This document shows positions 24,556 to 33,224 of a stretch of DNA of 48,614 nt, in pieces. The stretch's first letter is position 1, and each line of letters opens with the position of its first letter. The notes beneath the pieces were generated by a model that worked only from the letters and a program-made list of their open reading frames with translations, did not search any database and was not told where the DNA came from. The stretch covers positions 1 through 48,614 of the forward strand of contig QMWA01000001.1 of NCBI GenBank assembly GCA_003661385.1, read 5' to 3'. The stretch is from Thermoproteota archaeon. GTDB lineage: Archaea > Korarchaeota > Korarchaeia > B14-G2. Both the position numbers and the translations under genes were made by a program.

Positions 24556-25506
24556 TTGAGGCTCAGAATCAAGCCTGAACTGTACAGCCTAGAGCTAACC
24601 TTCTACCCATCATTCCTCTCATCGCTATACGAGAGACGTGGAGGCTGGCTGGTCAAGATAGCTGGGGTACATAAGGGCCTTGCGCTAAGGCAGCTCCCAG
24701 ATGGCACCCTAGAGGCTAAGCTGCCCCTTGGCCTGGATACGCCTATAGAGGCCGTATTAGAGCAGACAGGGCTATGGCATAAGCCATTTGAGTACAAGCT
24801 GCATCAGCTAGCTGAGCCCTTGAGAAGCTACGCTGAAGCTCTAGCAGAAGGCCTTCCTGGCCTTAGAATCCCGGTTTCGCCAAGAGACTTACAGCAGATA
24901 ACCGTTGCTGTCTTGCTATCTAAGAGGACAGACTACCACAGGTTCACCCTCAAGTGGTGTAAGAGGATATGGCTAGAGATTGGTGAGACATGGAACCTAA
25001 TAACGTCATCAGCATCTCTCAGCGGAGTAGGGTCAAGCTATCAGATAGAAGAGATGAGGAAGTCTCTCTCATGCCTCCTGAAGCTTCAGCCCATGCTTGA
25101 AGCTCTAGCAGTAGAAGGGAAGGCATCTCCCATGAGAAAGCTTCTCATGTCATGTTGGGGCATAGGCCCAAAGACTGCAGACGCCATAGCCCTATGTACA
25201 ACCCGATGTACATCCGTATATCCATGTGACACAAACCTCATGAGAGTGCTAACAAGGGTAGGACTACTGTCAAGCTTGCACTCTCCTCCAGAGAAAGCCT
25301 ACTGCCTGAAGTACACGTGCCAAAGCTGCCCCAAAGAGAGCTGCACAGTGAAGGCGCTCAAAGCTGGAGAGCTCGGCGGCTGGCTCCAGTCACTAACATA
25401 TGTGGTAGGGAAGGTGTACTGTAGGCCTCTAAGGCCGCGCTGCTCGAGCTGCCCCGTGCAAGCTGTCTGTTCTAGCTTCTCACAGCCTTTTCGACGGCAT
25501 TCTTGA
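24556..25506 (+). CDS. HhH-GPD superfamily DNA glycosylase (endonuclease III-like, with Fe-S cluster loop)
   Basis: HhH with a lysine (CWGIGPKTADAI), catalytic Asp region YPCDTNLMRVLTRVG, and C-terminal C-x6-C-x2-C-x5-C (CRPLRPRCSSCPVQAVC). About 190 aa of N-terminal extension. TTG start. Confidence 0.8.
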   Translation: MRLRIKPELYSLELTFYPSFLSSLYERRGGWLVKIAGVHKGLALRQLPDGTLEAKLPLGLDTPIEAVLEQTGLWHKPFEYKLHQLAEPLRSYAEALAEGLPGLRIPVSPRDLQQITVAVLLSKRTDYHRFTLKWCKRIWLEIGETWNLITSSASLSGVGSSYQIEEMRKSLSCLLKLQPMLEALAVEGKASPMRKLLMSCWGIGPKTADAIALCTTRCTSVYPCDTNLMRVLTRVGLLSSLHSPPEKAYCLKYTCQSCPKESCTVKALKAGELGGWLQSLTYVVGKVYCRPLRPRCSSCPVQAVCSSFSQPFRRHS

Positions 25507-26422
25507 GCGCTGGGATCACCTTATAGAGGTCTCCTACTATCCCGTAGTCAGCTACCTTGAATATCGGTGCTTCAGGGTCCTTGTTTATAGCGACTATGAT
25601 CTTCGAGTCTCTTATGCCAGCAATGTGCTGCAGGGCTCCTGATATCCCAACTGCAATGTAGAGATCTGGCTTCACTTTCACTCCAGATAGCCCTATCCAC
25701 TGTGGGAACCAGCCTCTATCTGCCGCTACAGGCCTACTGCACCCGACCTCACCGCCTAGCAGCTCAGCTAGCTCTCTAAGCATCTCGAGATCCTGCTTTG
25801 CCTTCACTCCCCTGCCAGCTGACACAATGACTCTAGCCTCATCTAGCTTAGCTCTAGCTACCTCCTTCTTCCTCACCTCGACAACCTTGACCCTAGGCCC
25901 CGGAAGCTCCAGAGAAACCTGCTCAACGCTGCCCTTTTCAGCTGCCTTCTCTGCTGCCTCAAACTTCCTAGGTGGAATGGTCACTACGAGTGGCAGAGGA
26001 GACACCATAGTGGCTATAGCTACTCCGCCATACGCAGACCTCTTAGCGTATATCATGTCATCCTTGTAGCTGAGCTCGATGCAATCCGTTACACAGCCTG
26101 CATCGAGCTTTGTCGCCAGCCTCGGAGCAAGCTCCTTACCCCTCTTAGTTCCTCCCACCAAGACTAAAGTCGGCTCACTGCCTACTAGCTTAGCTAAGGC
26201 TTTAGCGTAAACCTCTGCATCAAATTGCTCAAAAACAGCTCCCGATACCGCTACCGCCTTGTCGACTCCGTGCTCAGCCAGCTCCTCAGCTCTCTTCAGG
26301 GCGTCAGCTCCTAGAGAAGCCGATACAAGGCTCCATCCAGTGGCCTGCTTGAGCTGGAGGCCAGCTCTAACTAGCTCTAAGGCTACAGACTGAACCTCAG
26401 AGTAAACCCATATGCTAGGCAT
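25472..26422 (-). CDS. etfA: electron transfer flavoprotein, alpha subunit
   Basis: C-terminal FAD domain: VVSAGRG...[43 protein letters not shown]...[13 protein letters not shown]. Confidence 0.9.
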   Translation of the reverse strand: MPSIWVYSEVQSVALELVRAGLQLKQATGWSLVSASLGADALKRAEELAEHGVDKAVAVSGAVFEQFDAEVYAKALAKLVGSEPTLVLVGGTKRGKELAPRLATKLDAGCVTDCIELSYKDDMIYAKRSAYGGVAIATMVSPLPLVVTIPPRKFEAAEKAAEKGSVEQVSLELPGPRVKVVEVRKKEVARAKLDEARVIVSAGRGVKAKQDLEMLRELAELLGGEVGCSRPVAADRGWFPQWIGLSGVKVKPDLYIAVGISGALQHIAGIRDSKIIVAINKDPEAPIFKVADYGIVGDLYKVIPALKNAVEKAVRS

Positions 26423-26426
26423 GCTA

Positions 26427-27218
26427 TCACCTCAACACTCCCTCCTGGAGAAGGTACTTCACAAGCTCCTCAGCAGCCTCCTCAGCAGGCTTCTCCTCGA
26501 TTATCACGCCTTTCCTCTTGACCTCAGGCGCATAGACGTCCGCTACCTTGACTTTAGACCCCTTCTCCCCAACCACGTCTGCACCGACCTCTAGGTCGCC
26601 TGCTCCCCAGTACACTATAGGCTTCTTAGATGCTCTTAGTATATCCCTCAGCGATGGGAGTCTTGGCTCATTTATCTCTCTCGTGACTGTAACTACAGCT
26701 GGCAGCTCCACCTCAACGACCTCATACTCCTCCTCTAGGTCCCTCTCAGCAGTGAGCTTCTCTCCCTCAACGCTGAGCTTCCTGACATAGGTTACCTGAG
26801 GTAGGTCTAGTAGCTCAGCTAGCCTAGGGCCCACCTGGGCTGAGAGCCCGTCCAGGGCCATTTCACCACACAGGATGAGCTTGTAGTCTCCTAGCTTTCT
26901 AGCTGCTGCTGCCAGCAGCCTCGCAGTAGCAAGGGTATCTGAGCCCTCGAATGCAGGGTCACTTAGAATGTAGACTTCATCAAGCCCCATTGCTAAGGCT
27001 TCTCTAGCAGCCTCTCTTGCAGCTTGGGGCCCAACGCAAAGCCCGGTTGCAGTCCATCCTGTCCTCTCCTTTACTCTTATTGCCTCCTCTATGGCCCTCT
27101 TGTCTATGTCTCCCGTCTTCCTTTTAGCTCCCTCAACCACAGGCTTCCTTGTAGAGGGGTCTATTCTGAGTTCTGAGGCGTCAATTGAGTACTTGAAGCA
27201 TGCTATGACGCGAGGCAA
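26427..27218 (-). CDS. etfB: electron transfer flavoprotein, beta subunit
   Basis: VIACFKYSID..., DLILCGEMALDG-type motif (KLILCGEMALDGLSAQVGPRLAELLDLPQVTYV). 263 aa. Lies 4 nt upstream of etfA. Confidence 0.9.
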   Translation of the reverse strand: MPRVIACFKYSIDASELRIDPSTRKPVVEGAKRKTGDIDKRAIEEAIRVKERTGWTATGLCVGPQAAREAAREALAMGLDEVYILSDPAFEGSDTLATARLLAAAARKLGDYKLILCGEMALDGLSAQVGPRLAELLDLPQVTYVRKLSVEGEKLTAERDLEEEYEVVEVELPAVVTVTREINEPRLPSLRDILRASKKPIVYWGAGDLEVGADVVGEKGSKVKVADVYAPEVKRKGVIIEEKPAEEAAEELVKYLLQEGVLR

Positions 27219-27260
27219 GCTATCACCACCAGCCCTTGTGTAGAGTATTAAAATCTCAGG

Positions 27261-27279
27261 CCTCTATAAAATATAGAGG
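27261..27279 (+). promoter_or_regulatory. TATA box embedded in a perfect 8-3-8 inverted repeat (CCTCTATA-AAA-TATAGAGG)
   Basis: The arms at 27261-27268 and 27272-27279 are exact reverse complements. The centre is about 17 nt upstream of ATG 27287 of the AbrB-PhoU gene. A second A/T block, GTATTAAAATC (27245-27255), faces etfB. Confidence 0.55.
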
Positions 27280-27286
27280 TGCTGAC

Positions 27287-28312
27287 ATGCTGAACAGGGA
27301 AGGCTTTCTCAGGAGAGTACAGCTGGTTGGGGGGTCAACGCTCACTATCTCCATACCAAAGAGGTGGGCTTCATCAGTAGGTCTTAAGCCTGGAGACTAT
27401 GTGGCTGTCCTCCCACTGGAAGATGACTCTCTGCTTCTTATTCCCAAGGGCCTTCCAAGGAAAGAGCTTACTGAGAAAGCCATGTATGTGTCTCATGATA
27501 AGCCACCAGAGTCAGCAGTGAGGGAGTTCATAGCATACTACCTCGTTGGCTATGATGTAATAAAAGTGAAGTTCGCTTCTGGGACTTCAAGACACAAGCT
27601 TCTGATAAGAGAGGCAATAAGGAAGAAGCTCATTGGAGTAGAGCCCATAGAGGAGTCAGCTAAGGAGCTGGTGGTAAGATGCCTGATTGGATCCAGTGAG
27701 CTCCCAGTCTCAATTGCACTGAACAGGATGGGCGTCATCACGAGCTCAATGATTTCAGATGCAGTGGAGGCGCTCATGACATGCAACAGAGAGCTAGCAC
27801 ACGAGATCATGGAGAGAGACGATGAAGTAGACCGCATATACCTTTACATAGTCAGGCAGCTAAAGAAAGCTGTAAGAAACAGGCTGATGCTGAGCGAGCT
27901 GGGCCTATCGAGCGCAAGAGACTGCCTAGGCTACAGACTCGTGATAAAGAGCGTAGAGAGGTCTGCTGACCACGCATGTAAAATAGCTCAAATAGCCTCG
28001 CTCCTGAGAACTCCACCTGCCTCCCATCTCTCAGCCCTGATAAACACTATTGCGTCAAGATCCCAGAGCATATTCAGAGACTCCCTCAAGTCGCTGATGA
28101 GCTTAGACCTCAACCTCGCAAACGAGACAATAAACAGGATAGAGGAGGTCAGAAGCCTAGAGCAGAAGGCGATAGAAGTCCTGCTATCTCAGCCAATAGA
28201 CATAGAGGACGCATCTAACATAAGGCTGGCCTTAGAAAGCTTAACAAGGATCGCAGAGTACGGTGCTGACATAGCTGAAATAGCAGTCAACCTCTCGGTG
28301 AAAGTCCCTTGA
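27287..28312 (+). CDS. AbrB/SpoVT-domain plus PhoU-domain regulator-like protein
   Basis: N-terminal looped-hinge AbrB motif VQLVGGSTLTISIPKRWASSVGLKPGDYVAV, followed by two PhoU-type helical repeats (EIMERDDEVDRIY..., SADHACKIAQIA..., ESLTRIAEYGADIAE). ATG 27287 is chosen because the longer track ORF would span its own TATA box. Confidence 0.85.
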   Translation: MLNREGFLRRVQLVGGSTLTISIPKRWASSVGLKPGDYVAVLPLEDDSLLLIPKGLPRKELTEKAMYVSHDKPPESAVREFIAYYLVGYDVIKVKFASGTSRHKLLIREAIRKKLIGVEPIEESAKELVVRCLIGSSELPVSIALNRMGVITSSMISDAVEALMTCNRELAHEIMERDDEVDRIYLYIVRQLKKAVRNRLMLSELGLSSARDCLGYRLVIKSVERSADHACKIAQIASLLRTPPASHLSALINTIASRSQSIFRDSLKSLMSLDLNLANETINRIEEVRSLEQKAIEVLLSQPIDIEDASNIRLALESLTRIAEYGADIAEIAVNLSVKVP

Positions 28313-29243
28313 CTCCCTTGCCAAATGATGCATGAAGCTTCAGCTCAAGGCTGCGAGCTCTAGCCTCGGCTTTCTCTGCCCTCTGTCTGTCTCCAGCCTT
28401 GCTCCAGCACCAAGCTGCATCCCTGAGAGCATGCCTAGCAAGGTGTATGAGCTTTATCTTCAAGTACATGCTAGCCTCACTTTCATAAATGCTAGCTGCC
28501 GTTCCATAGTCTCCATCTATCTCAGCTGATAAAGCAGGCCAGAAGCCTAGATAGCGGTGTGGTGGAGGCAAGTACCCTATTGACTCGTTCAGCTTCGCTT
28601 CAAACGAGGACTTAACTTCTCCTCTCACCTCATAGCCAGCAGACCCGCTGAAGTCTCCGCTTGTATTCACGTTAACAAGCCCCCTAGCTTCTTCACTTGG
28701 GAGCTCGCTTACAGCTTGGAAGAAAGCACCCCTAGCTCCTCTAACAAGGTCTCCTGGCCTCCTTCTTCCTAAGCTGCACAGTATGCTTGATATCAGCTTA
28801 AGGGCTCTCAGCCTGAACACCGATGCAAGAGGCTCTATGGTTCCATCAGGCCACACTGGTGTGACGCAGTCTCTTTCACTTAGCCTTGAAGCTAAGGTCC
28901 TGAGGAGCTTGCTGCTGATGTACGGCATGTCAGATGCGAGAAGAAAGCAAGCTTCTCCACTCACATGCGGTAGTGAGGAGACTATGCCTCTTAGCGGCCC
29001 ACGGCAGCCCAGCTGCAAGTCTACAACGACCATGACGTCTACACCAGCTTTCTCGCTCAAGTTAAGCTCCATGATCGCGTCCTTGAGCTGACTGCTGGTA
29101 GACACTACTATCTCAGAGGCTACCTCACTTAGTGCAGTGCATACCTTCTCAAGCATGGTCTGCCCGCTGATCTTAAGCAGCGGCTTAGGCTCTCCAAGCC
29201 TGCTTCCCCTTCCTCCAGCCAGGATTATGCCAGAGCACTTCAA
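28287..29243 (-). CDS. MobA-like NTP-transferase domain protein with unassigned helical C-terminal extension
   Basis: N-terminus GIILAGGRGSRLGEPKPLLKISGQTMLE plus ASDMPYIS, as in molybdenum cofactor guanylyltransferase-like proteins. Residues from about 200 to 318 are not recognisable. Confidence 0.75.
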   Translation of the reverse strand: MKCSGIILAGGRGSRLGEPKPLLKISGQTMLEKVCTALSEVASEIVVSTSSQLKDAIMELNLSEKAGVDVMVVVDLQLGCRGPLRGIVSSLPHVSGEACFLLASDMPYISSKLLRTLASRLSERDCVTPVWPDGTIEPLASVFRLRALKLISSILCSLGRRRPGDLVRGARGAFFQAVSELPSEEARGLVNVNTSGDFSGSAGYEVRGEVKSSFEAKLNESIGYLPPPHRYLGFWPALSAEIDGDYGTAASIYESEASMYLKIKLIHLARHALRDAAWCWSKAGDRQRAEKAEARARSLELKLHASFGKGVKGLSPRG

Positions 29244-30875
29244 CTACCTCACCTTAAGCTGCTTAGCAAGCTCCTGCACGGTGTCAACTTCGCTTACGCT
29301 CTTGTCCTCTCTTATCCTCTTTATCCTAGCCAGCCTGAGAGCTATCCCAGCCCTGTACTTCGGGCTAGGCTGTACTTCGTCATACTCCACCTCTACTACA
29401 ACCTCTGGCCTAACCACTATCCCTCTCTTAAACTCACCAACCTTGATGGACAGCAGCCTCCTAGTCATCTCCTCAAACTCCTCGTCTGTGAGCCCTTTAA
29501 ACGTCTTTCCAACGACCAAGAGCTCTCCTGTCTCCTCGTCTCTAGCTGCCAGGTGGTAGTTACTAAGCCAGCCAGTCCTCCTCCCATAGCCCCATTCAGC
29601 AGCCACTATCACGAGGTCTGCTGTGAGAGCTCTCTTCAGCTTCACCCAGTTAAAGCCTCTCCTCCCAGGCACATACTTGGATCTGGGGTTCTTCAAGACG
29701 AGCCCTTCATACCCCAGTTCAATTGCCTTCCTGAACTCCTGGCTAACATCACCGGTCGACTCCACTACAGTATTCTGAACCAGCAGCTCTTCACCGGCAA
29801 CGCTTGCTAGAGTTCTACGCCTCTCAAGGTAGCTCTTGTCTATGAACACGTCTCCGTCAAGCAGGATTGCATCAAACAGGTAGATCCTAACCTTAACCTC
29901 TTCAGCTGGCTCTCTTCTCCTAAACCTCCTCATCAGCACGTTGAATGGGAGAGGCCTTTCCCCTGACATGGCTATGATCTCTCCCTCCAATATACCCTCC
30001 CTGCCATCAAGTACGCTAGCCAGGCTATCAGCTACATCCAGAAAGCTCCTAGTAATGTCGTGTCTCCTCCTACTGAAGATCCTAACCTCCCCTTTCCTGA
30101 AGTGCACCTGCACCCTAGCGCCATCGAGCTTAGGCTCAGCGTAAGCTGGGCTTCCAACAAGCTTAAGCGCCTCCTCTGGGCTAGTAGCCTGCTGAGCAAG
30201 CATCGGCTTAATAGGCTTGAATACCTGCGGCTTAACCTCCCTTAAAGCCTCTACTCCACGGTTTAATGCTATTGCAGCAGCTTCCCACGGCCCCCCTAAG
30301 ACCCCCATCACGTACTCTCCAGTCTCGTGGTCGACCCCTAGCGCCTTGATGACTGCCTCCTCTATGACTCCCTCAGCCACGCCAGCTCTCATATCACCAA
30401 GAAGTATCCTGGCTATAAGAGCTCCCTCCTTAGGAGATGCTCTCCTAAACACAGATCTCAGCAGCGCAACCCTCTTTTCAATAGCACCTTCTCCCTTAAC
30501 TGAGGCTAGTGCCTTAAACAGCTCATAGACCTCTGATATCGTAATGGGCCTATCCTCGAGTGCTGCCTGAAAGCTCCCTCTATGCCTCAAAGCAATCTCA
30601 ACGAGCTCACCGGCATCCTCTATGCTCCCTCTAGCTGGTGGCTTGGTAGGCAAGCTCTTCAAGACAGTCTTCCACCCGACCATGACCTTAGAGTCGTCCT
30701 CTCCTGGCAATCTCCTCCCAGTGAGCATAACTATGGCTGGAACAGCTTCTCTTGCACTTAGGCTCCTAAGGAACTCAGCTATCATAGCAACCTTGGTGTT
30801 CCTGCTAGATGTACTCCTAAGCTTCTCATGGAGCTCAGCTAGCTTCTTAAACTCCACCAAGCGGTCAGACTCCAT
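29244..30875 (-). CDS. lig: ATP-dependent DNA ligase
   Basis: Adenylation motif I EPKLDGARVQV, EGEIIA, YLFDAILLDG, EGLVLKNP, NWVKLK, and an OB-domain tail. 543 aa. Confidence 0.9.
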   Translation of the reverse strand: MESDRLVEFKKLAELHEKLRSTSSRNTKVAMIAEFLRSLSAREAVPAIVMLTGRRLPGEDDSKVMVGWKTVLKSLPTKPPARGSIEDAGELVEIALRHRGSFQAALEDRPITISEVYELFKALASVKGEGAIEKRVALLRSVFRRASPKEGALIARILLGDMRAGVAEGVIEEAVIKALGVDHETGEYVMGVLGGPWEAAAIALNRGVEALREVKPQVFKPIKPMLAQQATSPEEALKLVGSPAYAEPKLDGARVQVHFRKGEVRIFSRRRHDITRSFLDVADSLASVLDGREGILEGEIIAMSGERPLPFNVLMRRFRRREPAEEVKVRIYLFDAILLDGDVFIDKSYLERRRTLASVAGEELLVQNTVVESTGDVSQEFRKAIELGYEGLVLKNPRSKYVPGRRGFNWVKLKRALTADLVIVAAEWGYGRRTGWLSNYHLAARDEETGELLVVGKTFKGLTDEEFEEMTRRLLSIKVGEFKRGIVVRPEVVVEVEYDEVQPSPKYRAGIALRLARIKRIREDKSVSEVDTVQELAKQLKVR

Positions 30876-30927
30876 GGTGCCTCATCTATTCCAGCTTGTT
30901 AAGCAGTGGACTTAACCTCTACAGGGG

Positions 30928-30959
30928 AAAAAGTGGCAGGTCAGGCGCCGTCGCCTGAC
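30928..30959 (-). terminator. hairpin plus T5 tract downstream of the Zn-ribbon membrane protein gene
   Basis: On the minus strand: GTCAGGCG-ACGG-CGCCTGAC (perfect 8-bp stem, 30940-30959), then CTGCCAC and TTTTT (30928-32). It lies 39 nt after the stop at 30998. Confidence 0.5.
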
Positions 30960-30997
30960 ACACGCCGTCCATAGGCTGGTCTCCATGCTACAAGCTG

Positions 30998-31483
30998 CTA
31001 AAGGTATTTGCGGCAGTAGTCACACCACCACCTCTGGTACTCTTTTATGTACCTAGCTGGCCTACCGCATGTCGGGCATGTAACAGCTGCAGTGACGGGC
31101 TTCTCAGCTTCAACATATCTTACAGCAGCTACAGCCTTAGCGAGCTCTACTTCGACTCCACCAACCCGCCCTGCGATGAAGTTGTATATCGCTGCCTCTA
31201 TAGCTAGTATGATCGCTGACACCACTCCACCAATCAAGCCCATCAGAAGCCCCATGACTACCATCATTGCAGCAACTACACCTCCTCTGATTCCAGGGTA
31301 CCTGGTAGGCATCCCTGGTATAGGTAGCATTCTAACTGTAGTACCAAAGACGACAGCATATATCACTCCCAGTATCAGGCCTAGGATTATCCCTATGAGC
31401 AGGGCGACCTTAAAGACGGAGGCAACTCCAACGCTTTTAATCTCATATCTCTCACTCATTGTTGCACCCACCTCGCCTACCAA
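30998..31483 (-). CDS. membrane protein with C-terminal zinc-ribbon (CxxC...CxxC)
   Basis: Three hydrophobic helices, then CPTCGRPARYIKEYQRWWCDYCRKYL. Start is TTG 31483 or ATG 31459. The antisense ORF 31047..31508 is T/S/P-rich and rejected. Confidence 0.6.
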   Translation of the reverse strand: MVGEVGATMSERYEIKSVGVASVFKVALLIGIILGLILGVIYAVVFGTTVRMLPIPGMPTRYPGIRGGVVAAMMVVMGLLMGLIGGVVSAIILAIEAAIYNFIAGRVGGVEVELAKAVAAVRYVEAEKPVTAAVTCPTCGRPARYIKEYQRWWCDYCRKYL

Positions 31484-31705
31484 GCAATCTTACATAAACT
31501 TTCTCTAAGCTGATGTCCTCTAGCTCGAGTGTCTGGTGCAGCAAGAGGGCTCTACTAGAGGTACGCCAGCCTATTGATCTGGTAGCACTTGGTGCTTGAA
31601 GCTAATCTATGGGGGTGCCAGGTAAGGTCTAGCTGAAGCCTCATAACGGCTTCATGCCCGCCAGCTGGAGGCAGGCTATAGTCCCTAAGGGTTATTAACT
31701 ATGCT

Positions 31706-32170
31706 GTGAGTCAAATGAATATGCCTGTTGCTGACGTAGATGTTGGGGCTCTTCTATCGAAGAGGAGGGTCATAGCTGTAGTAGGCTTGTCCAGAAATCC
31801 GAGCAAGGACAGCTACAGGGTAGCTGAGTACCTTAAGAGCAGAGGCCACAGGATTATTCCAGTGAACCCATTTGCATCTGAGATACTCGGTGAGAGGGCA
31901 TATCCTTCTTTGTCAGCTGTCCCTGAAGAGCTCAAGCAGCAGATCGACATCATTGACATATTCAGGCCCTCAAGCGATGTCCTTCCGGTAGTTGAAGAGG
32001 CTGTCGAGATCAGGAAGAAGTACGGGAAGCCTGATGTCATCTGGATGCAGGAAGGCATAGTAAACGAGGAAGCAGCTGACCTAGCTAGAAAGGCAGGGAT
32101 GAAGGTCATCATGGACCTTTGTATAATGACAGAGAGCAAAAAGCTCGAGAAGCTAGAGTTCATGGTTTAG
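31706..32170 (+). CDS. CoA-binding domain protein (YccU/YneT-like)
   Basis: RVIAVVGLSRNPSKDSYRVAEYLKSRGHRIIPVNP ... DIIDIFRPS ... IWMQEG. 154 aa. Confidence 0.85.
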   Translation: MSQMNMPVADVDVGALLSKRRVIAVVGLSRNPSKDSYRVAEYLKSRGHRIIPVNPFASEILGERAYPSLSAVPEELKQQIDIIDIFRPSSDVLPVVEEAVEIRKKYGKPDVIWMQEGIVNEEAADLARKAGMKVIMDLCIMTESKKLEKLEFMV

Positions 32171-32177
32171 CGGGCAG

Positions 32178-33224
32178 TTAGTGCCCGCCATGCTTGCTTT
32201 TCTTCATTTCAGCAAGCTTCTCCACAGAAGTAAGCTTTCCAAGCTCCACCGCCTCTATGCACCCTGCTTCAACAGCTCTAGCAAAGAGCCTGCTCCCAAC
32301 CTCTGTTCTCACGAGCACAGTGGAGAAGCCTGCTTTCGTCCCCACTGAGCCAACTGAGATGTCTGCGAGCTCGCTTGTGAAGTCTGTGCAGGCCTTACAG
32401 GACCCGCGTACATACTCCTTCATCTCGCTAACTGGCCTTGAGAACACCTCCTCACTGCCACGGTAGGCTATGAACTTACCCTTCTTGATGTCAAACTTCG
32501 TTACTTCACTTAAGCTAACTGAGCTCTCCTCCAACAGCTTAGCAAGCTTGCTGTAGTCAAAGGACTCCATACAGAAAAGCCCTACCACAAGCTTCACTCT
32601 GCTACCCAGCTTAAGAGCACTCTCAGGAGAGTGCTGCATCCTCCTCACTCCTCTGACCACGCATGGCGTCCCCACTACGCCGACTTTCTCAGCTCCATAG
32701 CAGTAGACTGCGTCCCAGATGGCAGAAGCCATGTATGGGGGGGTGTACTTCGTGCCAGCTGCGTCTATAACCTCCTTTGCTGTCAAAGCGACCTTCGCAA
32801 AGGGCCTCCAAGGCTCCTCTCTCGAGGTGCCTGCTACAATCACTGCATCAAGCACCTTCTCCTCTAGAGCATACTTCAGCAGAGCAGTCACAACGCCTCC
32901 ATCCTGCCCCCTCTCACGTATCACTGGGTCTACAGCTCTAGCCTTATAGGCTTTGGTGAACACTCCAAGGGGCCCTGGCTTACTCTCGCCGAACAGCATA
33001 CCATATATCTCGTCACCGCCAGTCTGAGGACAGCTATTGTAGCAGAAGCCACACCTAAGGCATGGTCCAGCAAGCTTTGGGGTGTCATCGGCTATCGTGA
33101 TCGAGTTCACGAAGCACGCTGAGACACACGCCCCGCAGGCAGTGCAGATGCCTGCTCTAATGACCTCCTTAAGCAGGTGCGCGAACATCTTCCTAGGTAA
33201 GGAGCTCACCTCACAGCTCCTCAA
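32178..33224 (-). CDS. FrhB/FdhB/FpoF-family flavo-iron-sulfur protein with N-terminal 2x[4Fe-4S] ferredoxin domain
   Basis: CTACGACVSAC and CLRCGFCYNSCP, then the FrhB N/C domains: GQDGGVVTALLKYAL, VGTPCVVRG, VGLFCMESF, CKACTDFTSELADISVGSVG...STVLVRTEVG. Confidence 0.85.
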   Translation of the reverse strand: MRSCEVSSLPRKMFAHLLKEVIRAGICTACGACVSACFVNSITIADDTPKLAGPCLRCGFCYNSCPQTGGDEIYGMLFGESKPGPLGVFTKAYKARAVDPVIRERGQDGGVVTALLKYALEEKVLDAVIVAGTSREEPWRPFAKVALTAKEVIDAAGTKYTPPYMASAIWDAVYCYGAEKVGVVGTPCVVRGVRRMQHSPESALKLGSRVKLVVGLFCMESFDYSKLAKLLEESSVSLSEVTKFDIKKGKFIAYRGSEEVFSRPVSEMKEYVRGSCKACTDFTSELADISVGSVGTKAGFSTVLVRTEVGSRLFARAVEAGCIEAVELGKLTSVEKLAEMKKSKHGGH

